This document shows positions 1-14,355 of a stretch of DNA of 64,000 bases, piece by piece. Positions within the stretch are counted from its first letter, which is position 1; every line of letters starts with the position of its first letter. Source of the stretch: Octopus sinensis (lineage: Eukaryota). The translations under genes were made by a program, and so were the position numbers. Location of the stretch: positions 2,666,001 to 2,730,000 of the forward strand of contig NC_043010.1 of the NCBI RefSeq assembly GCF_006345805.1, in the 5' to 3' direction. A model generated the notes under the pieces. It was not told the DNA's origin, made no database searches, and worked only from the letters and a program-made list of their open reading frames with translations.

Positions 1-302
1 TTTTGTTGGAAATTTAACTGCTACTTCTACAAGTACAGGAGATTACATAGAGGCTTACCTCATCAGGTGGTAGAGATTTAGTTACTGTCACAGTAGAGGT
101 TCAATCATTTCTTTACATGAGGTTCCCTCATTGTCTCACATCAGACCACATTCTGTGTGTGGATCCAGCAGGGGTGGAGCAAACTTGGAGAGAAAACAGA
201 CAGTAAATTCTATCAACCCAAATATTTCAGTGGTGTATCTGTTGTGTCTGAACACAGAATGGTAACTCAGAAAAATTCCAACACACTTTGCATTAATGCT
301 TA

Positions 303-532
303 TTTCTTTATTGCCCACAAGGGGCTAAACATAGAGGGGACAAAAAAGGACAGACATAGGTATTAAGTCGATTATATTGACTCCAGTGCACAACTGGTAC
401 TTAATTTATCGACCCCGAAAGGATAAAAGGCAAAGTCGACCTCGGCGGAATTTGAACTCACAACATAACGGCAGATGAAATACTGCTAAGCATTTCACCC
501 GACGTGCTAACGTTTCTGCCAGTTCGCCGCCT
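303..532 (-). mobile_element. tRNA-headed SINE, family B
   Basis: Reverse complement of the 4862-5096 copy; B-box-like GAGTTCAAATTCC head and conserved core GCCTTTTATCCTTTCGGGGTCGATAAATTAAGTACCAG. Confidence 0.9.
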
Positions 533-1034
533 TTGCATTAATGCTATTCTACCAATCACCATACTTGTTATTATAATACACAGTACTAATAGATTGTCAG
601 AAACAGCATATAAATATATCCTTTCCCTCTCACATACACCCAGAATCCATCATTCTACCGCTGAGGCCCCTAATGATGGAGGTCATGTGACTTTGAAATG
701 TTGATTCACTGAATGTAAGTAATCTTACGTATAAACTCCCAATATCCTCAAAGATTCATTATAAGGAAATACAGAAAATTGAAAATGAAATATTTGCAAA
801 ACAGAACAGAAACAAAATATGTCTAAAATGGAAAAAATATGGCTTCGAAAAAAAATGTATTTCCTATTTATACAAATGTATTTATGTTATAAATGATAGC
901 TATTTTAATGAAAAATATGCCTGTAAAGAAAGTAGATTCTCCACTTATACATGAATACATGCATGCATATAATATAAACACATACACATACACAAACACA
1001 TGTATATGCATACATATTTTGTGCATGCACATAC

Positions 1035-1085
<51 letters not shown>

Positions 1086-1440
1086 GTGTACATATGTATC
1101 TTATAAACGATAGCTGGCATAGAGACCATAAGTGTTATTAAAGATGTTAAGCAATAAAGGATATTGATTACGTATATCAACACAAAGCCACAGAATTATG
1201 AAGGGAGGGCATAGCCAAATTTGAAAAACTTTTTTTTTTATTCATCAGTTTGTTCTAGAGAAAGACCCCATCGAAAGCCCTGTGAAATTTGTGCAATTAA
1301 CACTACTAATGCTTCAATTGAATTGCCCCCTTTTTTTTTAATTGATAATTTATTCTATCAATCCCTGAAGAGTAAGAGGGAAAGTTGATGCTGATGGATT
1401 GGAGCTTGGAGTATAAAGACATAAATAAATACCCATTCAG

Positions 1441-1730
1441 TGCAGGCATGGCTAGTTGTAAGGGTAAGAAGCTTACTTTGTAACCATATAGTTTCAGGTT
1501 CAGTTCCACTGCACAGTATCTTGGCCAAGTATCTTCTACTATAGCCCCAGGCCAACCAATGACTTGTGAGTGAATTTGGTAGATGCATACATATGTGTGT
1601 GTGTGTGTGTGTGTATTTGTATCGTTGTGTTTGTGACTACTCCTTGACAACCAGTGCTAATTTGTTTACATCACCATAACTTAGCTGTTTCATAAAAGAG
1701 ACAGACAGAATAAGTACCATGCTTAAAAAG
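1441..1730 (+). mobile_element. Older, diverged SINE family A copy
   Basis: Colinear with 28211-28623 (GGTTCAGTTCCACTG, CTTGGCCAAGTATCTTCTACTATAGCC, CCTTGACAACC) with many substitutions. Confidence 0.75.
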
Positions 1731-1927
1731 GCAACAAACATGAGGTCAAATCATTTGGCTAAATGCTTCAAAGCAATGCCTCAGAATAGCTGGACACAAA
1801 TAAGATAAAAAGTATTCAAGAGCAGGAGGTGGTTTTAGCAGGTTTAAACAAATCCTCTTGGCATATATATTTCTATTTAATATACATATATATATATTTC
1901 TATTTAATATACATGTATATATAAATC

Positions 1928-2080
1928 TTTGTTGCAATTTCAACATGGCTGTTCCATATGAACCGATTACTATCATTTTTTTTTGACCCAAGATGACATC
2001 TCCTCTAGCTGGTTATCAATGCAGTCTGCACCCATATATCATTGGTTCGTATGGAACAGCCATGTTGAAATTGCAACAAA
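1928..2080. mobile_element. Small inverted-repeat element (MITE-like)
   Basis: 37-bp arms 1928-1964 and 2044-2080 (TTTGTTGCAATTTCAACATGGCTGTTCCATAYGAACC), 1 mismatch, ~80-bp spacer. Confidence 0.7.
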
Positions 2081-2302
2081 CATTACTTCTCAATATAGTT
2101 ACATATTTTTATCTTTTATAGATATTTTCTAACCAGCTACTTTGCTTATTATATATAAATCCAAAATAGATAACAGTGGATCATTTTAATAATTTAGAAT
2201 TTCCATAATTAAAATCATGGCAATAATATGAAATACTAGTACTCTACAGATTATCAGTTCTCTCTTGCACTCTCTCTGCTTTTAAGCAATAAAAGACATT
2301 AA

Positions 2303-2503
2303 CCCTTTAGTCAAAATATTTTACCTGTTTTATGTTCAAACTGGTTAGATCTGGCTTCTCCCATCAACCCTGTAATATCATTCTAAAAACATTAACTGTT
2401 ATCTTATCAACATCTCAAAGCTACAAGATAATGCATGATTAATTCAAAACAATGAGAATAAATAAGTCTTACTTTTGACGGAATAATGTGAAATGCTAAA
2501 GAG
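2303..2503. mobile_element. piggyBac-like MITE
   Basis: TTAA on both sides; ends CCCTTTAG...CTAAAGAG; related copy in opposite orientation at 34458-34633. Confidence 0.75.
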
Positions 2504-2999
2504 TTAAAGAATTTTAATCATTAACTGAAAACCAAATACTAATAATCCAGCCCTTGTTGCAGTGTGGTGGCTTATGTGTCTCAGTGGCTCTGAGAGCTAT
2601 GTCAGTGGAGGACAAGCTCCTGATAGGGCCTCCCATGTTGAACAGGTCAAAGATCAGATGCTTGACCAATGGTTCCCAAACATTTTCAGGCTGTGCTCCC
2701 TTGGCACCCAGGCCACATCCTTAGCACCCCTCTCCCAACTCACCATTACAAACATAGACCACTTTGTCCAGCACATTCAAAAGAACCATAGTTTACATAT
2801 GAAACTTAACCTAATTAACCATTATTTTAGGACTTTTTTAACATCAATTACCAACATTTGGCCACCCCGTTACTGCCCCACTTTTCTTCAATGCCCTCTC
2901 ATCTTGAATCTTTCCATTGCCCTATGGGGACAGTACCACCCACTTTGGAAAAGATTGTGCTAGACTAATATGCTCCACATCTAACAAGAGGTTAAATTA

Positions 3000-3230
3000 G
3001 GTTTACCAACAACCCAAATAAGAAGCATCGATAATTTAACGCCAACAAGATATAGGACAGGAAGGCCATCCTTCAGGGAATCATGATGTGGTGCAGCAAA
3101 ATCCAAAAGGAAGCTGCAAGGAAAAGCAGAAGTACAACTGGAGAGAAGCAGACAAGACAATCCAGAATTGAGAACAGTGGAGAAAAATTGTCAATGCCCT
3201 ATGTTTTATAGAGAGCAAAGGGCCAAAGTG
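3000..3230 (+). mobile_element. Degraded RTE-clade LINE ORF2 C-terminus
   Basis: Translates (with stops) to WREADKTIQN*EQWRKIVNALC, matching the W..E...A.DR..WR..V.ALC terminal motif of RTE ORF2. Confidence 0.6.
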
Positions 3231-3369
3231 GGTAAAATAAATGTAGGTAGGCATGACTCTTCATCAAGAATTTTTCTTCACAACTACATGATTCTGGCTT
3301 CGGTATCATTACAAAGCAGCACATCGGGTAATATTCTTCTATTTTGGTGTTACCAACAGCATCTCCAGG

Positions 3370-3670
3370 CCCGGAGCCTATCAGAGATATACCAGGGGTG
3401 TGAATATGTCCACATCCCAGGTTTGTAAATATATTGGATCTGCCAGTATATCTTTCAAGCGTTGCTACCGCAACCATCAGTCATACTTCAGAGTCCCTGA
3501 AAGACAGTTTGTCACGCCCTTGGCCCACCATGTGTAGCACCTCACAGATCAAAGGACCCCATGTGATATCAGGTGGAAAGTAATAGATCATCCAGGCCCA
3601 TACATTATTGGAAGTGGACGTCACAAAATCTGCATCACAGACAGAGCCAAAGTTCTTAAGGACTATACTA
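3370..3670 (+). pseudogene. Penelope-like element GIY-YIG endonuclease remnant
   Basis: Frameshifted translation IYQG...KYIGSASISFKRCYRNHQSYF...CDIRWKVIDHPGPYIIGSGRHKICITDRAKVL matches the PLE pattern YIG..FK.RY.NH..SF / I.W.I....PY....C.LC. Confidence 0.7.
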
Positions 3671-3959
3671 AAGCTGGTGCATTAAAAAGTCATAGAGAAG
3701 TGATCTACTGAAAAATTGGATCTCCCCATGTGCTGGTTAGACTTTTTCGGATCCATAGGGGTTGTTTTATCCTCTCATCCAGGGGAGACAACCTGTCCTC
3801 ATTAACGTTCTTATATGTTAAAACATAAATTTCGATTTCTGAGTGTTTCCTCACATCTGTGACATAGAAAATAAAATTTTTTTGTCTTCATATAGAGTCC
3901 TGACAAGCTGTCCGCAAGGCTTTGGCATTGTGGATATGTAACCTTTAGTAATCTTTAGC

Positions 3960-4762
3960 TTTGGGGATACAAAACTTAGGTAACCTTTGGTAAAGGTCAA
4001 TGGGTTCCTCACAAACTTTCTGAGTCTAATTGCACACAGAGAGTGAATGTGTACTCTTCTTTGCTATCACATCTCTTTTTTGGACCAAATAGTGACTGGT
4101 GATGAGAAATAGGTTCTCTATAAAAATGTCAAGGGCTGCAGATAGTGAGTAGGGAACTTTCCCTGCTTTTCTTTACTATATATGTTTGTGCTAAAGAAGG
4201 TCCTCACCCACGTAAGGTGTTGTTGTCTGTTTGGTGGATTATGAAAGGTTTAGTCCACTTTGAACTTTTAAACCCAAACCAAATGATAACAAAGGAGATC
4301 CACTGCAAACAGCTTGGGTGGTTTAAGTCAGCACTAGAAGCAAAACAACCATCTTTGGTTCCAAGACGAAATGTATTATTCCATCAGGATAATGCTCAGC
4401 CACATACGACAAAGATGACACGCAAAAGGCTGGAGCTGTTTGAAAGGGGAAGGAATGTCCCACCCACCATATTCACTGGACATTGCCCCATCTGATTATC
4501 ATTTATTCTGCAGTCTTCAAATTCATTTGGATGGAAAAAATATGTATTCTGTAGACAAGGTCAGAACTGTACTGGAGGAGTATTTTACATCATGGACAAG
4601 TGAATTTTGGAAGACGGATCCTGCAGGGCTACCAGATAGATGAGAAGAGTATTGTAGAAAATGAAAGAGAGTATACTTTAGATTAAAAAAAACCTTTGTT
4701 TATCTTAATTTCGAAAAATAAAAGAATACTAAAAAACCATTATTTATAGGATGCCCCAATAT
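3960..4762 (+). mobile_element. mariner transposase remnant
   Basis: WVPHKL, IVTGDEK, HPRKVLLSVWW, FHQDNAQPH, HPPYSLDIAPSDYHLF motifs with stops/frameshifts; likely right TIR near 4740-4760. Confidence 0.92.
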
Positions 4763-4861
4763 ATATATCTTTTAAATTTGTTTATGGTAACATGAAGGGT
4801 ATGCAAAGAAAGCTCCCATTTCATTATGTCAGTTACTGTCTAATGATACTGACTAATGAGT

Positions 4862-5096
4862 GAAGGCGGCGAGCTGGCAGAATCGTTAGCATGCCGGGCG
4901 AAATGCGTAGCCGTATTTCGTCTGCCGTTACGTTCTGAGTTCAAATTCCGCAAAGGTCGACTTTGCCTTTCATCCTTTCGGGGTCGATAAATTAAGTACC
5001 AGTTATGCACTGGGGTCGATATAATCGACTTAATCCGTTTGTCTGTCCTTGTTTGTCCCCTCTATGTTTAGCCCCTTGTGGGTAATAAAGAAACAA
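4862..5096 (+). mobile_element. SINE family B with 16-bp TSD
   Basis: TSD ATACTGACTAATGAGT at 4846-4861 and 5097-5112; tRNA-like head GGCGGCGAGCTGGCAGAATCG...GAGTTCAAATTCC. Confidence 0.93.
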
Positions 5097-5176
5097 ATAC
5101 TGACTAATGAGTCAGTTTTTCAGGGTTGCATCATGGTTATATTGATATAATGTAGGTTTAATGTAATAATAATAAT

Positions 5177-5500
5177 AATAATTCTAGGATGGCATGTATG
5201 AATATTTAATACATCGCTATATGCATTTCCACAAATCACATGACTTTAACATCAGACTTCATAGCCTAGACTGGCCTTCATACTGGCAAGAAAGAATAAA
5301 CATCCCTCTCTGATTCATCCACTAATGCAGTATCGCCTGATGAAATGAATCAAAGATTAAGATCAGCCAGATGCCCATGGATGCTACAGACTATAGTGCA
5401 CACATTGCAAGGATACATAATCTGATGTTAAAGTCATGTGATTTGTGGAAAGGCGCGTAGCAATGTACAAAATATTCGTAAATGCCATCCTAGAATTATT
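5177..5500. mobile_element. Fold-back/MITE-like element with ~80-bp inverted arms
   Basis: Arms 5177-5256 and 5421-5500 (AATAATTCTAGGATGGCAT...TTTCCACAAATCACATGACTTTAACATCAGA), mostly matching. Confidence 0.75.
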
Positions 5501-6697
5501 GTTATATCATTCCTTCATTTTGGTTCAAAGTAAGGAAAAGGAAGAACTTCATTTTAAGGTGTTATTATAATCCATGGTATTCCATCCTGTGGTAAGTAAA
5601 TAAAGTGTTGGTTTGTTTACATCCACATAAATTAGTGGTTCAGCAAAAAAGACCAATAGAACGAGTATTAGACTTAAAAAATAAGTATTTGTTCAACTAA
5701 ACCCTTCAAGGCATTGCCCCAGCATGGCTGCAGTCAAAGAACTGAGAGATGTAAAAGATAAAAGATACATATAAAGGTTAGAGATATAGCACTTGACCCA
5801 CTAGAAATAGCAGTGTAATTGCCATCAAATTACAATGGGGTGTCTTAAATAAGTAAAATAAACTGAGATATTGTAATTCTAGATAAACTACTACATCTCG
5901 AAATACGGTGAGATGGTCATGGATGGAGCACTTTTGATTTTGATTCTGCTGAATCATATTAATAATAACAATTGCAGCAATATAAAATCAACAAGATTTT
6001 ATATTTTTGCTGAGAAAATGCAATGAGTTAAAGCATAAGGAAAGAAATTTTTTATGCAGCAATATTGCTTCTACCAACGTCGCTTTCAGTTCTTTGAATT
6101 CTCAAGATGTTCTATTGATACAAGGAATTTTTATTACCAGGCACTCTTGCAATTCTCTATCATGAGACATGAATGGGTTTTGTTTCTAACCAAATTTTCA
6201 AAACTGCATGAGTATTTAGTGTTCATGTGCATAAATACGCATATGTGAATACACATAAGTACAGACACACAACCACACGCACATGTACATACACACACAT
6301 ATATATATGGTAATATGTTTGTGCAAGTATGCGTGTTTTCATTCATGTATATGTGTGCGTATATATATATATATTTAAATATATGTGAGTGCAGGTATGT
6401 GTGGGTGTAAGGATCCCACTGCAAATTTGAATCTAAATACATAAGGTTTTACGAATATATTTATACCAATTATTTGTGTATTTATATATGTGATTTCATC
6501 CTTAAAAACCTAGTTATGGCATTTGCATGTGAGCTTGCCAAACCATATTTCCAATGTATGCACACCATGGCACCATGGCACATTCATATATACTGAAAAT
6601 GTTCTTAGAAACACAAACATATGAGTTTCTTGTGTGTGAGTGGATGTGTGTTGTGTGGGGTATTTATGTATGTATATATTATGTGTGTGTCAGTCTA

Positions 6698-6740
<43 letters not shown>

Positions 6741-7027
6741 ATGTATGTATAAATAAATACATATATACATATATGTATGTATATACATTCAGAGAGAGAG
6801 AGACAAACTTGGTCATACAATTGCATTGATAGATGCACAAATATATATATAATCTTAAACATTTCCATGAATGTAGACTGTGCATGTACATATATATTAT
6901 TTTTATGTGTGTATTTACTCTCATAGTCACACAAACACACATACACGCATCAAAACATACACTCCCAGGCACACATCTGCATATATTTGTATTAAATTCT
7001 TTCCCAGTAAATATGCTTATGCCTATA

Positions 7028-7138
7028 TGCATACCTATATAGAAATATATATAGACATGCTTATTGTACACATATATATATATATATATATAGACATGCT
7101 TATGTACATATATATATATATATATATAGACATGCTTA

Positions 7139-7174
<36 letters not shown>

Positions 7175-7216
7175 CATGCTTATGTACATATATATATATA
7201 TATATAGACATGCTTA

Positions 7217-7250
<34 letters not shown>
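7028..7250. repeat. Minisatellite AGACATGCTTATGTAC separated by variable (AT)n
   Basis: Five visible copies of GACATGCTTAT(T)GTAC with AT tracts of differing length. Confidence 0.85.
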
Positions 7251-7259
<9 letters not shown>

Positions 7260-7522
7260 GTATACACATGCATGCACACACAGAGACACTCATATAAATA
7301 TGTTTGATGGATAAGTGCATGTGGAAGAATTTTTTACTGACATTCAATAATATAATAGAAATGTTGTTGTTATTGTTGTCATTGTTGTTGTTGCTGTTGT
7401 TGACGGTCATGGTGGTGGTGGTGGTAGTGTTACTGCTGCTGTTGTTGTTGTTGTTTAGCTACCACAGTGAATAACAATTCTGACAAAATTAAATAGCTTC
7501 ATGCAGAACCAGTGGAAGATTT

Positions 7523-7567
<45 letters not shown>

Positions 7568-7718
7568 AGCACACGCACAAAAGGCCACACGCATGCACTC
7601 ACACACAGAAATATGTCCACAGGCATAAATGAGGCTATGCGTATATATATTCACTAACACAGGCATATGTATACACAGCCATGCATAAATCTCCCATACA
7701 TACACAGGTATACATAAA

Positions 7719-7761
<43 letters not shown>

Positions 7762-7938
7762 TTATATATATATATGTGTATGTGTATATATATATATATA
7801 ATGTATGTGTATATATATATAATGTATGTGTATATATATATATAATGTATGTGTATATATATATATTATATATATATGTATGTGTACATATAAATATATA
7901 TATATGTATATATATATATATGTATGTGTATATATATA

Positions 7939-7980
<42 letters not shown>

Positions 7981-9257
7981 CGTATGTATGTATGTATATA
8001 CATATATATATATTACATATGTATATTCACACACATATATGTAATTACATACATATGTACACATAAATATACACATATATATATACACACATACATACAC
8101 ACACACACACCACACACACACACACATACATAGTCAGCTGAGTACATAAAGCAATATGTTCACGTATGAGAATGTGCCAGTGTGTCTGTGTGTCTGTTTG
8201 AGTTGCTAATCCCCCCCCCCATCGCCACTACCACCACTACCACTACCACTGCACCCATCTCATTTTATTTTGGATTTCCTCTTGAGCTGAAGATTTGTGA
8301 TTTCCCTGCACCATGCAGTTACCTATTTACTCTGCTGCAATAATAAATTTATTTCTCAAGCTTACAATATTTTTTGATTACCTTATATTATGTGTTTATG
8401 TGAATATTTTTGTGCATGTGTATATACATATATATACATATATTTATGTGTGTTTGTAATGTGTGAGCTTATATACTTTATGTGTGTGAACATTTAAGCA
8501 TATTCAGCTGAATTCATTCCATATATATATACATGTGTGTGTCTATGTCGATATATCTAAATATATATTTGTATATAAATATCATCATCATCATCATCAT
8601 CATTTAACGTCCGCTTTCCATGCTAGCATGGGTTATTTATATAAATGTATGTATGTATGTATGTTTATAATAATAAGAAATGCAGAAAATATAATTGGTA
8701 TTTTTGAGATCTGTATATATACACACGTTTCTGTAAGCCAGCAGCACACCTCCTCAGTATTATAGCCAAAAACACAATATGATAATGGTTGCATGCCTTT
8801 ATGTATCCCAGTCATGCATGTTACGCATAGGCAAGATGGTATATAAGAATATATTGTGATAGAAGGTGAGATAGTAGGATAATGTTAAGTGAAGAACTAT
8901 TACAATAGAATGGGATATACAAACATTTCTGCCTACCAACACACAAACATATATAGTAAAGAAAAGCAGGGAAAGTGAGGTAGAAAAATTTAACATCATA
9001 GTAGTGGTAAACACAGCCAGTGACATATATCAATGTACAAATGTAAGATAGTAGACATCTTTTTTGATGTTTTTACAATGTTTAGGTCCAACGAACTCCA
9101 GTTTTGCAGACATGGCATTCAGCTATTGCTTTTATAAATATGTCCATAAATCAAAGTTGCATCTCAAGGTTCTAGGCCATGCATATACTTTCATGCACAT
9201 ACATATTTAACATACATGCATGTATATACACATGTACACAAGTGCACTATCATACAC

Positions 9258-9288
<31 letters not shown>

Positions 9289-10069
9289 CGTATATATATA
9301 TATATACATACTAGTGTATGATAGTGTACATGTGCATATACATGCATGTAAGTTAAATGTCTATACATATAAATGCACATATGCACATACACTCTCATAT
9401 ATATACACTTACACCCACACACATACAAGCAGGTATTTCACTGATCTCCAGCAACTTACTGTTTCAAACACTCGTACATTCACATACATATTTATGCAAC
9501 AGGTTTCTGCATCTAAAATTCATTCCAAAGGCCCAAGGATTTAGTAGAAGACCATTTCCCAAAGCGTCATGTAGTAGGACTGAATACAAAACTGTGCAGT
9601 TGCCAAATCCAGACATAACCCTTTTGTTTTTTCTCTCTGTCCCCTTGTGCCATGCCAGTTTTTACAGATGTCAATGATCACATACCTACTTGACAATGTC
9701 TGAAGATTCGAGATTTTTCTTGAGAAAGTTACAGCAGCGATTGCCTGTTGTCTTCTGACTGGTGCCATCTTAATGCACAAGCACACTGAGTAGTTGCCTG
9801 GAGCAGCTTTATGGGTCTTGAAGTCCAGTTGTGATCAATCTATTTTAAGTCTTGCTGCCAATAAATAAAAACTACAGGGACCAGTGCATTGGTTTGTCCA
9901 GGGGCCCTTACAGGTCTAGATGTCCACTTCTAATCTATGTATGTGGTGCTTTGCTCTCAGTAAATAAATACTATAGGATCCACTGCGTTGATCTGCCTAG
10001 GTATCTCACAGGTCTGGGAACCCAATTTTGATCTATGCATGCTGTGGTTTGCTGTCAGTAAATACTAGA

Positions 10070-10310
10070 GACACCAATCTGACCGTGGCCATTGCCAGCC
10101 TCGCCTGGCACCTGTGCGGGTGGCACGTAAACAGCACCCACTACACTCACGGAGTGGTTGGCGTTAGGAAGGGCATCCAGCTGTAGAAACAATGCCAGAT
10201 AAGACTGGAGCCTGGTGCAGCCTTCTGGCTTCCCAGATCCCCGGTCGAACCGTCCAACCCATGCTAGCATGGAAAACGGACGTTAAACGATGATGATGAT
10301 GATGATGATG
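10070..10310 (+). mobile_element. 5'-truncated RTE LINE 3' end (family D)
   Basis: GGTTGGCGTTAGGAAGGGCATCCAGCTGTAGAAAC...CCAACCCATGCTAGCATGGAAAACGGACGTTAAACG(ATG)n; same end as 17312-18110. Confidence 0.88.
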
Positions 10311-10844
10311 ACAGTGCATCAATTTTCCTGGAAAACTATAAAGCTGCTTAGATGCTCCTGCTTCTACCCATTTTTCAAATAGCTTACTCTCCTAGTCTCC
10401 TGCTCTTCTCAGCTTATTTGTGGCGAGGACGTTGAAAGACATTAGGGCATATCCACTCATTAATAGACTTGTGTGGCATATATCTAGGGGGCCAGCCCTT
10501 TTCCAAAGTCTGTATGCCTTTGTGACAGTATCATCTTCTGCTACTTGATCCATAACTGGATCTCTTAACAGGTACTAACACCCGGGATCAGAGTGTTGTG
10601 ATCAAAGGATAACACCATGCTACCCCTAACCCAAAACACCTGAAATTTTCAGCAGGAGTCGCCCCGTCAAATGCTGATTAATGTCTTGCCCAGGAACAGT
10701 CATTTTGGATGCACTTAAAAATACACAGTGTATTCTTCTCTGTTAAAAATAACAAGCTGTGATTTTTAAGAAGATTTCGTAACCATTTCTGAAAAATTGA
10801 GTAATCACATAGATTCTCTTTTGGGAATATGATGGAAGCAATAT

Positions 10845-11490
10845 GAAGAGTTTGTGGTGATAAGAAGAGTGATGATAGTGGTGGTAGAGATGGTGATGAT
10901 GGCAGTGGTGGTAGTAGTAGTGGTAAATGGTATGATGCAGTTACTTATAATGTTCCTTTACACAGATCATGATAGTGAGGGAGGTGATGGTAATAGTGTA
11001 GGAGGGGAGTGTGGTGATGGTGGTGATGATGATGAGGAACATGATGATGCTGACAACAACGACAACAATGATGACAGCAATGATGATAATGATGATTTGG
11101 TGATAGTTATGATGACGACGACAATACGATAGAAGGAATGGTTTCAATCTTTTGCAATAGTGATGGCAGTAGTGATGATAATATGATGAGGATGGTGGTA
11201 AACAGCAAGATTGGAGAATTGACGATTATGGTGAGAAGATTATTGCGACAGTTTGGATATGCTGATAACGATGCTGGTACTGGTATTATTGTGAATGGTT
11301 GTGATAGATATTTTTGTGGATGATGATGAAGAAAAAGAAGAAGGAGGTAGCTACATTGGAAATGGTGCTTGTGCATCATGCATTTCATGGCGATATTGAT
11401 AGTGATAACAATTGTCGTATTGATGTTGGTGATGACAATAGAGATGATGATGATGATGACTGCATTGGCGATGTTGGTGGTGGTTGGGGA
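10845..11490. repeat. Cryptic (GAT/GGT/GAC)n trinucleotide low-complexity tract
   Basis: Degenerate triplet repeats; ORFs here are poly-D/V/M artefacts. Confidence 0.85.
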
Positions 11491-11684
11491 AAAAAAAATA
11501 ATTCTTTGGCTCCAGGACAATCATTTTGACTCTGGAGATATTTTTATGATGTGAAAGCATGTTAGATTTCAAATAATGGATTTCTACGTGTTTTCTGAGG
11601 AACTACTTCTGCAACAGAACTTTAGATAATCAGATAGAAGTTGCTTAATATGCAGGAAAAACAGAAATAAAATGAATTACCATA

Positions 11685-11733
<49 letters not shown>

Positions 11734-11855
11734 GCATAAATAAGCATATATATATATAAAAACATACATATACAAAATATTGGGCTTTAGTTATATATAT
11801 ATATACACACACATACGTACATGCATATATGTACATGCATACATGTATATGCATA

Positions 11856-11905
<50 letters not shown>

Positions 11906-12109
11906 TGCTTATAAATTTTACTTCCACCATTGTTGATACCAGAAGATATAATTTCCTTCATATGTATAATACATATAAGATATATACAAAAATGTGTGTG
12001 TGTGTGTAAATTATATATATATATTATAAATATATATATCCATACATACAGACATATATATATATATTACACACACACACATGTATATAAGAATATGTAT
12101 CATATATGA

Positions 12110-12170
<61 letters not shown>

Positions 12171-12639
12171 CGTAAACATACACAAACATACATTCGTAAT
12201 ATACAACGAAATATACACACAAGCGTCCACACATACTCACGCCAAGTTTATTTTTTTATACCATGCTAGTATAAGACTGTGCAGATGTGTTTGTCAAGTG
12301 CTGTGGATATATTTATGTACATATGTGTATATGGTGAGTTCTTGTGAATTCTCTTTAGGTGTGTAAATTTACTAGTGTTGGAAATGTTATTACTGATGCC
12401 AATACTGGTTTGCTATGTAACACATCAATTGTCAATAGAGAGTTGTGTCAATGGTGGGGTTGTTTTTTTTCCTCTTTTCCGGAATCTCCAGTTTCCAATC
12501 ATACCTTGTACACACATAAATATATGTATACATATATACATACTTGTGTGTGAGATATATATATATATATGCATATTTATCTATCTATATCTATATGTAT
12601 GTATGTATTTATGTATATGTATGTGTGCATATATATGTA

Positions 12640-12684
<45 letters not shown>

Positions 12685-14159
12685 TCACCATCATTATTAC
12701 AATGTCAACTTTTTCATGCTTGCTCAGGTCAAATGAAATTCGATAAGGCAGCTTTTCTATGGCCAAACGTGTGTGTGTGTGTATCAACATTACTCAGCCA
12801 CTCAGCCTCCTCTTGTAAACACACTCATTCTTTTGTGGTGACTCTTGAAGGCCACTCCTTCCCAATCCTATGCATTGAGCTACAATTCTGACCAGATGTC
12901 TTTCTATTTCTCACGTCCACATCCCTGCTCCATATCCCTGCATCTATCACCTTAATTACACACTAGTTTACTTTTCCTCCAAGACTAATGCCCTCGTGAT
13001 TCACCATTGCCCTTTCATATGTCATAACAATTATATTTTGGTGCCGATGACATTTTTCATACTGAACAATTAATCCCTGTGGACTCCTTCCTGACACTTC
13101 CTCAAAACCAATATTGAGTATTTACCACATTACACTGACCTGTAGGCTCTTTCTTTCGACTCAGAGTCTGACCTTGCAACCACTGATTCTTTAAATGATG
13201 TCATCTGGTTCCACAGGATATCTGGTTTCAATTATTTTCATTGGGTTGACTATTCTTATTAGCATGTTCTAATCAGATTTAGACTGATTTGATTTCCAGA
13301 AATAATTGAGATTCATCAATATCTCTTTCATAAGCACATTGCACTTTACTGATAACAACGGGACAGCATTAGCAAACACACTAATGAGGACCATGCTAAT
13401 GTGTTATGATGAGTTGGCCTCCACACAGTGAAGTACTTTGACAACTCAGTAATCCTCTATCCTACCTTGAGTTAATTGATAACCATACTCAAAACAACAG
13501 CTCATGCTCTACTTTTATATTCTAGTTTATCTCCTCAGCTTCTTTTCCTTTGACAGTCCCTAAAACCCTATTGTTTTCACCCTACTAATCCCACCATTAT
13601 CTTTTCCACCCAAATCTGTAACGTCTGCAACCCAGCTGTACCTTTGCTCACACCAACCTACAAAACTTATTTCTAAATACCTTGGCTTCAGTTTTCCCAT
13701 ACAACATCCATTATACCAAACATGTGCTTCCTGTTTTCCATTTCTTCTCCCACCAGTTTCTTCTAAACTACATGACAACAGTCCCTAGGTTATTAATTTT
13801 TTATATATACTTGAACCTATCACCTCCATATTTCTTCACTTCACCACATTTGTCCTCATCCTTACTTGCTTTCTTTTTCTCAGTGGAGTTTTACCAGTAT
13901 GTCACTGGAATAGTTAGCTATGGCTATTAACGTGTTCCCTGACACCTCCAATTTGCTTGTTTGCAATTGTCCACTGACCCAAGCCAGAACTTTATGATTA
14001 TTACATTAATGTCATAAGTAATACACACACCAGCTCTTACTAGTGAGTAGCTCACTTCCATCTTTCTCCACTCTCCACTACTCACAAACTAAATATCTAT
14101 TTGTCCAATTTTTCTAACCATTATTACTATAACTCCTAAGGCCACAAGCTGATACAATC

Positions 14160-14355
14160 ATTAGCACACTGGGCAAAACGCTTAGCACCATTTCATCCAC
14201 CTTTATATTCTGAGTTCAAATTCCACCAAGGCTTACTTTGCTTGCCATCCTTTCAGGGTCAATGAAATAAGTACCAGTTGAGCACTGTGGTTAATGTAAT
14301 CAAACAGCCTCTTCTCCATAAAATGTCAAGCCTCGTCTTTATAGCAGAAAGGATT
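14160..14355 (+). mobile_element. Older SINE family B copy
   Basis: GAGTTCAAATTCCACC...CCATCCTTTCAGGGTCAATGAAATAAGTACCAGTTGAGCACTG. Confidence 0.75.

Noticed and set aside
59-183. Minus-strand exon candidate (TCTCCAAG acceptor, GAG|GTAAGC donor)
   Set aside because: Stops in all three frames and no usable ATG; at best non-coding.
10854-11572. Asp/His/Val-rich ORFs
   Set aside because: Products of a degenerate trinucleotide tract.
12900-13950. Possible ancient LINE on the minus strand
   Set aside because: Strand-biased composition only; no convincing motif.
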